A program made the translations under genes and the position numbers. The notes below the pieces were generated by a model, which worked only from the letters and a program-made list of their open reading frames with translations, was not told where the DNA came from and did not search any database. From the NCBI GenBank assembly GCA_963693365.1, contig CAVNZM010000016.1:5997029-6061028 (forward strand): a stretch of DNA of 64,000 nucleotides, in the 5' to 3' direction. This stretch comes from Amoebidium appalachense (Eukaryota > Protista > Ichthyosporea). Shown here one piece after another: positions 55,519 to 64,000 of the stretch; position 1 is the stretch's first letter; the number at the start of each line of letters is the position of its first letter.

Positions 55519-56801
55519 GAAAAAACCCTCCGGAGGCCTCCAGTGTATGTGCATGAATGCCCAGACGTGGGAGGGTGTGTTGCTCTGGAGTGTGTGTGAA
55601 CTATTTGTGTTTTTGTATGCCTCTCTCTCTCTGTGTGTGTATGTGGTGGGGAGGGGGGGGGGGGGGGGGGGGTTTGCATGCAATGGTGGCAGTGGCTGTG
55701 GGGGGGAGGGGGAGGGGGGGGGGGGGGGGGGGGGGGGAAGGGGGGGAGGGCGGAGGGCCGGGATGAGGGAGTGTGGTAAATATAGACGGATGTCTATGTG
55801 CCTGTGCGTGCAAGCGTAATATAGGGAGAAGTTGTGTATGGGAAGGGTTGTTGGTGGTAGGGGTGAGAGGCAGGATGGAGTGTGGGGAGGGGGGGTAAAC
55901 AGTAATATGTGTTGTGGCTACCGTTGGGGCTATAAATGTGCCCAACGATATCTTTAATAATGGCAGTCGATTACACACGAACAACTGCTAGACAGCGACT
56001 TCCTTTTCAGAACACCCCTCCACCTTAATCTCTTCTACGGGACTTCGAGTTCCCATACCCCCCCGTGCATGCTTCCAGCCAACACAAGCACCAAACTGTA
56101 CATACCCTGTAGAGGTGATGGTTGACCCAACGCATCAAGATCTGATGACCATTCCACCCCAAAAGGTCGTTGATGCCTTCACCCTTGCGCAAAAGCCTCA
56201 CCAACTCCACGTGGCTGTAGGGGCAAATCTCGTAAGCAGGTGTGGCGTGTTTTGATTCAACCAAGCTTTGCCGTGTAGATAGGTGTATTTTTGCTGAAAC
56301 CTTTGAGCTGGGCCAAAATTATCCCTTTCGACCACCCTGATGAATATAAAATGGGCTTTCATCCAAAAAAAATGATTGTGTGCTCTGTACCTTCATACCA
56401 ATTGCCCCCCTCTCTGAGATTGTGCAGGTGTGGGCCCTGTGTGTGCATGTGAACAATTGTATGTCAAATGATTGGATGTACTGTCAAGAAAAAGCTTGCA
56501 TGTAGTAGAGTGTTGTTTCCAGTTTTCAATTTCCCTTCTTGACACGATAGTGGTTGTGCAGATGGGCAAGTGCCAGGCCCATGGACTATGTGGATCTGGA
56601 ATAAAAAAGTAAGTAGTGCGCGCAGGACGTGCGTGCAAAAGGTCATACAACTTCTAAGTGATGATTATTTTTGTAAAAAGAGTGTACTGCGAGAAGACGG
56701 GTTCTGCAACAATTTTCTGTGCAAAAGCGTTTGCATGTTGGGAATGTAACTTACGAGGAGATGTAAGATCTGTCGATCTTGTTTACCAAAGCAGTAGCCA
56801 T
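46570..56801 (-). CDS. Calponin-homology (fimbrin/plastin CH2-like) domain plus long coiled-coil protein, about 500 aa, 18 coding exons
   Basis: ELVRLLRKGEGINDLLGWNGHQILMRWVNHHL / RIANFGEDLKDGTVYVKVLKQILP / RASKLVEWAGKV...ANTAFVAALFFEHP resembles fimbrin CH2. It is followed by phase-consistent E/K/A-rich heptad exons (53.4-47.5 kb) and ends KPSFRS* (TAA at 46572-46570). Confidence 0.85.
46633..46740 (-). mobile_element. Tail fragment
   Basis: Reverse complement: gaagaatgggccttgctt...ccatcgtgaatgtgtacttcatact...cattctaac, then poly(C). Confidence 0.65.
46856..47085 (-). mobile_element. Copy of the structured element in the last intron of the CH/coiled-coil gene
   Basis: The reverse complement reads ...ctgatcaagacggg...ggtcgaaactcggg...gggcccccctgaggatgggctctgcttattatgcatac...gtgtacttcgtact, then a C-tract. 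Confidence 0.85.
49860..50075. repeat. 28-bp minisatellite (about 8 units) abutting a splice donor
   Basis: Unit gggcacatgtatgtactgtttgcac. The tgtttgca core (two variant copies) recurs at 49883, 49911, 49939, 49967, 49995 and 50023. Confidence 0.85.
50802..50912 (-). mobile_element. Tail fragment
   Basis: Reverse complement: cctgaagatggc...ccgtcatgaatgtgtacg...cattcttac, then a C-tract. A more diverged copy lies at about 47686-47775. Confidence 0.6.
52665..53150 (-). repeat. Diverged duplication (about 270-bp offset) of an intron 3' end plus exon start
   Basis: gcccggtgctcctcacagtcac.aagctgcacacaggccaaaaa occurs at about 52665 and 52935, with homology continuing for about 200 bp. Confidence 0.8.
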
Positions 56802-58342
56802 TTTACCTGAGAGGGGAGAAAATCAGCTTATTACCAGGTAAAAATATGATAGAGATAACCACTCATAATCATTTGTAAACGTAACAATGACTACGTCGCC
56901 GTGATGTTCGTACGAAGATAGAGACAGAGGCGAGGATCTAAAAAACCTGAACAGCTCTGGCAACTGTTTCACACCCATGGTATCGAAGAAGATACATACC
57001 AATATATATACCTCGCTATATAAAAAGTGTCTTCAACTCTCGTACTCAATGGCTGAAAACCCTGGCGTTTCAAAAAAATGGCCTGGAATCGTTCTCTATG
57101 TTGCTGATGCGTGTGTGGAGAAACGAAGAAACACGAAAATGATCTTTCGACCTGTGCTGGAAAGACTTTGGAGCAAGCCGAAGATGAAGCCGGTGGTGAT
57201 TGGATAAGAAGGCACCAGCATAACTAGCGCATGATACGTTAGATACAAGATTAGGTTTAAATTGTTACGGGTGCTCATTAATCCAATAGATGAGAGTTTT
57301 AAACAATAGTGTCGTTTAGTTTGCGTGACCAGTGGCTTGCGTCGATTTGGCGCCTTGGCATGACAGAGTGCGGCAAAAGACCAGGAGCCGCCCGGGTTGA
57401 GATAATGCTGATATGTACCCCTTCAGTATACTGAATAAACTAATAAAGCACGGCAGCACCGCCCACCTATACATAAATTCAGAAAGAAAGTTTAGTTGTA
57501 TGTTATCGATTTTGTATCGTTGCCTGTATTTTCATCTCTTAAGCATGTGTAGGCAAGCAACCGCAAAGTGCGCATGCCGTCATAACGCTATCAACACACT
57601 GAGTTTTGCCGCGCTCCCGGCAGAGTGCTTTGCAAACGTGCACGGTCGTCACATGACGTCACGCATTGTCACTGTGAATTTGTGAAAGGTCCCAATTGCA
57701 AGGTGCTTTTTCTGAGAGTTTATTTAGAGTGAGAGAGGGGGGGGGGGGGGGGGAGGAAGTGAGTAAGGAATCTGGATGGAGGGATGACTGCCCGCCGCCG
57801 GTTTAACGGAATTAACGTTCGAGCTTCAAATGCCATGGGAGGGAGGCCTATGGGGCGGGCGGGAGCAGGGAGAGAGGAAGGGAGCTCGAGGTTGCGTGGG
57901 ACAGGAGTAGGGGACTGATGTATAGTGAAATCATCTCGGAGGTGTGGCACCAGCGAGAGAAGCTGGAGAGCCCCTGTGCAATTGGTGGCTATCGCTAATG
58001 AATACGTGAGATGCTGGAATAAAAGGATTACTGATATAGTACGGCTATGGTGCATAAGTGGAAGATAACACAGCTAGTGAAGGTTTGAACGTGGAGATGC
58101 GTGCACGTGCACGCAGATTATGAGGCTTTTAGAGTGGGGCCGTAATAACAAAGGGTCACGTACGTTAGTTGCAAGCGTGCTTCGGTGGATCAAGATCATG
58201 ATCATCTGCCCGCCAGCGCTACAATACTGTAGCTGCTAGCTGCGTTCCCTTCGACCGAGCTAAAATTTTGGGGGAGGTGGGGATGGGGAAGGAAGAGGTG
58301 GTACTATACTGGCAGATGATGGTGTACGGTTTTTGGGGGAAA

Positions 58343-58374
<32 letters not shown>

Positions 58375-58682
58375 GTATGTTTATGCTGAAATCTCGTTGT
58401 TGCACTTATTATCACGACCATATGTGAACGCTTTCACATCGGCGTCCATCTGATTCACAAACATCTACAGAGATATATTGTTATACAAAGGTTCTCATGG
58501 GCAAAATTTAACCTGCCCCAAATCAACTGCAAACAGCCGCCCAGTTTCAACACGTCCCTGCCCGTGCACACTTGCACAACCCGTCATCCTTATCAAAAAC
58601 ACTATCACACACACACCCCATCACCATGATTCACACATGTGGTTCAGCCGTAACCAGCACAGCTGCACATGAACCCACTCCT

Positions 58683-60202
58683 TTACAAGCGCCTGGCCTT
58701 GGGTGGGCGGCAGCCGTTGTGGGGTACTCCAGTCACATCGGTAATGGTCAGCAGCTTGATGCCCACCTGTTTTACAAACAGGAGAGAGAAAATGAAGTGT
58801 TAGCAGAAGACAGCAGCGGATAGCAAGAGAACGGATGTTTTCCGAAATCTTTAAAGCTGAGCGTATGGGGCTTGTGGTGCATTTGGGATTTCGGGAGGGC
58901 TGCCCAAGTAAGCAAATAAACCAAGTGTTGCACCGTTATGCTCTAGTCTTACATCCAACAGTTGAACTTTCCCAAGTCAACTAGTGAACGACACCAGAGT
59001 TTTAATAATCACTGTAACAGAATGGTTGAAGAAGTAAGGAGAAGTTGTGTGTGATGGTGTGTGTGTGCACGCCATTGAGAGGAGGAAAGGGGAGGGCGGG
59101 CGGCGGCGGGGAGGGGGGGGGGGGGGGGGGGACAGAGTTCGGAGAACACTCACCGCAGCGAGACCCTTGATGGCCGTGTTTCTGGCCTTACCCAGACCCT
59201 TCACCTTGATGTGTGCTTGCCTGGAACAGGAAAAAAGGCACCCGGATGTTAGTTGCTACAAAAGAAGTGAAATGAGATAGCATGTATATTGGTGCTTAGA
59301 CAGCTCCAACATAAAGGCTCGTCATTGATAGCAGAAACAGTGTTGTTTGGTACAGGAGTAAATGCACAGACGATTCAAACACGGAGCACAGCACAGACTT
59401 GAAAAACGTGCCAGCACACGAACATGCACAGAGACAACTCACCCTTCAAAAAGCCATGATCTCACTCACTCTCACAACACACATGCTCGATAAATTGCCT
59501 TCGTACTTCCTCGCCAAAACAGCCGAAGAATTACCCACAAGACCCAATCACACTCTTCGCAATTTTTCCACGAAGGTACACAGTTGGACATTGTTAAGAT
59601 ATGCCAGTATGAGAAGGGTGCCAACCCCCCCCCCCCCCCCCCCCCCTCCCCAACACCACCACCACCACCCTTCTCTCTCTACCAGAACGACGAAAAATGA
59701 ATAAGGGTACTCAGAGAGAGCAGAATGGTCCGAGGGACACAGCTTAGTGTGAGACCACACGTAGGTACCACAAGGAAACCGGACAACGACCTAACTGGTG
59801 ATTTCCAGATCTGCCCCCCCCCCCCCCCCCCCCCCTCCCCCCCCTTCCCCCTCTCTCGCCTCCACCCCTTCTCCTTCCATGGTCGGTTGGATAGGTAGGA
59901 GTTGGCGGTAGTGGTGGCATGTGTAGGCGTGTGGCACATGGAGGGAAGGAGGGGAGGCGAGGAGGGGAGAGGGGGGGGGGGGGGAAGGGGGGTTCATACA
60001 CACCTTACACCCATGTCGAATGCTTTCTGTGCTGCCTCCGTAGCTGCCATTTGTCCGGCAAAAGGAGATTCTGCACTCCGGGAAACGGATACATGTATGG
60101 TTAGATTGCGCTCTTTCAGGTTCCACAAGGAATGTGTGTGTGTTGGGGTGCACGTATGCTACGTGCTTAAGTGTGTGCTCATGTGCCGGCACGTTTGTGC
60201 GT

Positions 60203-60258
<56 letters not shown>

Positions 60259-60920
60259 GAACTCAGGTGCACTCAGACGATACTAGAACAGAGCCCATCA
60301 CGTACGTGATGTTGGGTTATGACTCTTCTACCCTCTCACGCATCACTCCCGACATCGTCGTCTTTAACTCTAGAGGCCATAAGCAACTCACCCGTTTTGG
60401 CCAAACACCATTTTTTTTTTTTTTTTTTTTTTTTAAATCAACAAATAACTAAAAGGAAAAGCAGCTCAGTTCCAAAAAAAGGGGAGATTGGGGGAAGCAG
60501 CTCAGAAGCCTTAGTCTCAGCATGTCACTTTTACTCAGACAGCTCCAATATCATTGGCTCGTCCTTGCTGCTCAGAAAGCCCCCCAACACCGCCCACAAA
60601 CATTATTGCCGTATACGAAACGATAAAAACAAAAATGCAAACAAAAACAGAAGAAACACGAGGAATGCGCTTGTAGGGATCGAACCTGCAACGTGTGACT
60701 GCATAAAAATATGTACTAACCACTACACCAGTCCGTTGTACACAAAAATACAAGAAATCAAGGTTGCTGAACACAATTGAACGCAGTGAGTCACACATGC
60801 ACACAAGGGGCAGTGCCCCACCGTTCACCATTATACAGACCGTGTAAACTAAACCGAACCCACCCATACATGCGGGAAAGGAAAATACCCGTGCCCCCTC
60901 CTTCCCGGGGGGGGGGGGGG

Positions 60921-60955
<35 letters not shown>

Positions 60956-61064
60956 GGGGTGGATATTTGGCGGTGATACCATCTAAGCATGTGTGTGTGT
61001 GGGTGTGTATGTGTGTGTGTGCGTGTGTGCGCGTGTGTGTGTGTGTGCGTGTGTGAGTGTGTGA

Positions 61065-61095
<31 letters not shown>

Positions 61096-61483
61096 CGGCT
61101 GCGTATATGTTCGTGTCTGTGCCTGCCTGCATGAGTGTCTGCCAATGTCTATGCTACATAATGCGTCCCTGCGTTTGCGTTTGGGGGCGGGCGGAGGGAA
61201 GAGAGGGGCATTAGGAGGACCCGGGGGGAAAGGGCGGGAGGAGGAGGAGGAGGAGGGGGGAGGGGGGGGGGGGGGGGGGGGGGGCTACGCACTTCTCTTG
61301 CCCTTCTTGTACCCGATCATTCCAGCAGAGATCGTATTAATTGCATCCCCGTTGAGGCGTGTGAAGGTAACAATCGTATTGTTGAAAGTGCAGTTCACGT
61401 GCGCCACACAGACATCCTCTGGTTCAATCTTGGCCTTGGCTTTTGCCTTTTTCGTCGCTCCTCCAACCACCTTCAGTTTGTTT
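58683..61483 (-). CDS. MRPS11: Bacterial/mitochondrial-type ribosomal protein uS11 (nucleus-encoded, N-terminal exon(s) not located)
   Basis: Four exons: [16 protein letters not shown]...[13 protein letters not shown] / [10 protein letters not shown] / [17 protein letters not shown] / [20 protein letters not shown]. These are hallmark uS11 motifs. Confidence 0.92.
59275..59333 (-). ncRNA. Degenerate third copy of the snoRNA candidate
   Basis: ATGACGA-GCC...TTGGAGCTG-T-CTAA is retained; the 3' D box and stem have decayed. Confidence 0.4.
60497..60571 (-). ncRNA. Candidate intronic box C/D snoRNA, copy A
   Basis: Minus strand: GCAGC-A-AGGACGA(C-like)...TATTGGAGCTG-T-CTGA(D')...CTGA(D)-GCTGC. 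It has a 5-bp terminal stem and an 11-nt guide antisense to the conserved 18S segment CAGCUCCAAUA. Confidence 0.65.
60667..60735 (-). pseudogene. tRNA-like relic or tRNA-derived SINE head
   Basis: A-box TGGTGTAGTGGTTA and B-box GGTTCGATCCC at tRNA spacing, but acceptor and anticodon stems do not pair. Confidence 0.55.
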
Positions 61484-61903
61484 CTGTTTGTGGTGGTGGG
61501 TTGATGTTTTTAGTTGCGTAGGTGGGGTTGGAAGTGTGTGTGCTTGTGTTTGTGTGTGCGTGTGTGTATGTGTTTGTGTATGTGTGAGGCAGGAGGTAGA
61601 AAAGTTGGCGAAGGTCAAGGGGATCGGGGAAAGGGAGGGGTTGAAAAGGGCAAGGCACAGGGGGAGTGGGGGGAGGGGGAGGGGGGAAAGGATGGAGTTG
61701 TATGCAGTCAACGATGACAAGAACACAAACCTTGAGATGTTTTTTTTTTTTTTAAAACAGAACAGAAACAAAAGCAAATGGACGAGCAGACGACAAAAGG
61801 ACAGAGCCCACCGTCTCCTGCCCGGGAAGAAGAAGAGGAGGGGGGGGCGGGGGAGGGGGGGGGGGATGGTTGGGGTTGCATAGCAGTATTCAGTGAGCAG
61901 GAC

Positions 61904-62089
61904 GAAGCACGATTAGATACTGAGCACACCATGAAGACACAGACACCAAGAGTGACCAACAAAATGATCAAGCAGACCCGTGCCCCGGTTGGGGGGGGGG
62001 GGGGGAAGCACGATTAGATACTGAGCACACCATGAAGACACAGACACCAAGAGTGACCAACAAAATGATCAAGCAGACCCGTGCCCCGG

Positions 62090-62091
<2 letters not shown>
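61904..62091 (-). repeat. Exact duplication of an 87-bp unit separated by a G-run
   Basis: 61904-61990 equals 62005-62091. Confidence 0.85.
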
Positions 62092-62137
<46 letters not shown>

Positions 62138-62161
62138 GGGGGGGGGGGGGGGGAGGGGGGG

Positions 62162-62447
62162 TTTGAATGCGGAACGCAACGGTAGGAAGTACGCATACAC
62201 GACGAGAAGCATGGTGCAGGACACATGCAAAGGCAAACATTCAAGTATGCACCATCAGCCATGCGCACAGTATGCGTCATAAGCAGAGCCCATCCTCAGG
62301 GAGGGCCCAAGTCATCAATTGCGTCTGAGTTTCGACCCCTTAGCCCGCGTATATACGACTCTCCAACTCAGACAGCAGCATCAACTGAACTTGGGAGGGT
62401 CAACCCGTCTTGATAAAAGACGAGCAGGGTTGCTTATGCAAGCAAGG
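62162..62447 (-). mobile_element. Diverged full-core copy of the structured element
   Basis: The reverse complement has gcataagcaaccctgctcgtc...agacggg...ggtcgaaactcaga...gggccctccctgaggatgggctctgctt, then the tail ...cgtacttcct...cattcaaac and a C-tract. Confidence 0.8.
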
Positions 62448-62569
62448 TGAGCAAAACGGTGAAGATGTGTGTGCAAACTAATGCAGTGCAGCGAAAATAC
62501 GTATGTGCTTACAGATGGACGACACAGAGCAACCATGCCCGGTTGCATGGAAGTAAAGCGGTCAGGGGG

Positions 62570-62642
62570 GCAGCTCAGAAGCCTTAGTTTCAGCTTGTCA
62601 GTACGCAGACAGCTCCAATAAACCATGGCTCGTGATTGCTGC
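62570..62642 (-). ncRNA. Candidate box C/D snoRNA, copy B
   Basis: GCAGC-A-ATCACGA...TATTGGAGCTG-T-CTGC...ACTAAGGCTT-CTGA-GCTGC; paralogue of copy A. Confidence 0.6.
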
Positions 62643-62787
62643 AAGAAAAAAAAGGGGAAAAAAAAACACTGCAACGGCAGCATTCAGAATTAAAAGAGGA
62701 AAAGAAAACTGAACCACAGCATCAAGCAGTGTGGTGCGGTGAAGATGGGGAATGGAAATGGGGGAGGGGAACAGAAGACTACGAAAA

Positions 62788-62819
<32 letters not shown>

Positions 62820-62901
62820 GTGTATGTGTGTGTGTGTGCGTGTGTGTGTGCGCGCGCGCCCGCGTGTGTGCGCGCACACGTGTGTGTGGGTGCCTGTGTT
62901 G

Positions 62902-62948
<47 letters not shown>

Positions 62949-63231
62949 TGTGTGCACGCGTGTACTACGTAGATCGTGCAAAATATTCATGTTTTCCGTT
63001 CTTTTCTTTTGTGTGTGTTGGGGGGTGGGGGGCGGGAGGTGGTTTGGGTTTCAAGCACCATGCTCTAGTTTTCCCCACTTTCTTTTGTATAATGGTGGGA
63101 GGAGCGAGCTCGGACAAAGCCAGTGAAAGGAAAGCACATGATCACCCCAAGACAAGAGGGTTTACACCGGTGTGCGCGCACACGCACTAACACAAAAAAA
63201 GATCGGGAGGGAAGGGGGCGGGCCGCGGCGG

Positions 63232-63277
<46 letters not shown>

Positions 63278-63279
<2 letters not shown>

Positions 63280-63378
63280 GAATGCGGAACACGGTACGAA
63301 GTACGCATACACGACGAGAAGCATGGTGCAGGACACATGCAAAGGCAAACATTCAAGTGTGCAACATCAGCCATTTGC
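63278..63378 (-). mobile_element. Tail fragment closely matching the tail of the 62162 copy
   Basis: Shares gaagtacgcatacacgacgagaagcatggtgcaggacacatgcaaaggcaaacattcaagt with 62187-62246. Confidence 0.75.
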
Positions 63379-63588
63379 ACAGGGGGGAGGCGGAAGGTGG
63401 GGACAAGAAGAGATATAGCAAAAAGGAGAGAGAGTGAGAGGTGGGTGTAGAGGGAGGGGAGAGGGGCAGGGAGGCAAGAAAGAGAGAGAGAGAGAGAGGG
63501 TGTGTGTGTGTGCGTGAAAGAGAAAGAGAGAACGAGGATGGAAGGCCGGGGGGGGGGGGGGGGGGGGAAGGAGGGAAAGGAAAGTGAG

Positions 63589-63677
<89 letters not shown>

Positions 63678-63722
63678 CAGAGAGAAAGAGCAACAGGGGT
63701 GTGGAGGGGGGGGGGGGGGGAA

Positions 63723-63759
<37 letters not shown>

Positions 63760-64000
63760 GAGGGGGGGGGGGGGGAGAGGGGAGGGGGAGAGGGGGGCTT
63801 GGGGGGGGAGACAGGGTGAAAGAGAAGGCCGGGGGGAAGACGTGGTGGGGAAGGGGAGTAAGAGAAATATAGAGAAGGCCGGGGAGGGGAGGAAGGGGGG
63901 GGGGGGGGAGAGAGAGAGAGGGGGGGGGGGGGGGAGGGGGGGAGGAAGAAAGAAGTAAGGGAGAGAGAAGAGAGAGCGAGAGAGTGCGCCAGACAGAGAG

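Noticed and set aside
58150-58275. snRNA-like region ending in an Sm-site-like aattttgg
   Set aside because: No U1, U2, U4 or U5 signature sequence, and no 3' hairpin.
62500-63170. Candidate N-terminal exons of uS11 (about 62.5 and 63.1 kb)
   Set aside because: Their donor phases do not match the phase-2 acceptor at 61483; left unresolved.

Overview
Eukaryotic genomic DNA with intron-rich genes. The introns are saturated with (CA)n/(GT)n, (GA)n and poly(C)/poly(G) tracts, so almost all ORF-track entries are repeat artefacts. The proteins look opisthokont-like, possibly from a unicellular holozoan (inference only). Manual exon stitching supports six protein genes: (1) Mediator subunit MED13 (+, 5' part outside the window, about 35 exons, stop at 29821); (2) a two-domain group II NDP kinase with near-identical halves (-); (3) an orphan acidic protein with KEN and PIP-like motifs (-); (4) a second orphan (-); (5) a protein with one fimbrin-type CH domain plus a long coiled coil (-, 18 coding exons, one probable GC-AG intron); (6) mitochondrial-type ribosomal protein uS11 (-, 5' end unresolved). 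The most striking non-coding signal is a dispersed intronic element of about 300 nt with about 20 full or partial copies. It has a covarying pseudoknotted RNA core and a conserved 3' tail usually running into poly(C), and every copy I found lies sense to its host gene. Other notable signals are a three-copy box C/D snoRNA-like family in the uS11 gene with an 18S rRNA antisense guide, a 14-unit tandem array of 3' splice acceptors in MED13, and a 75-bp-arm intronic hairpin.
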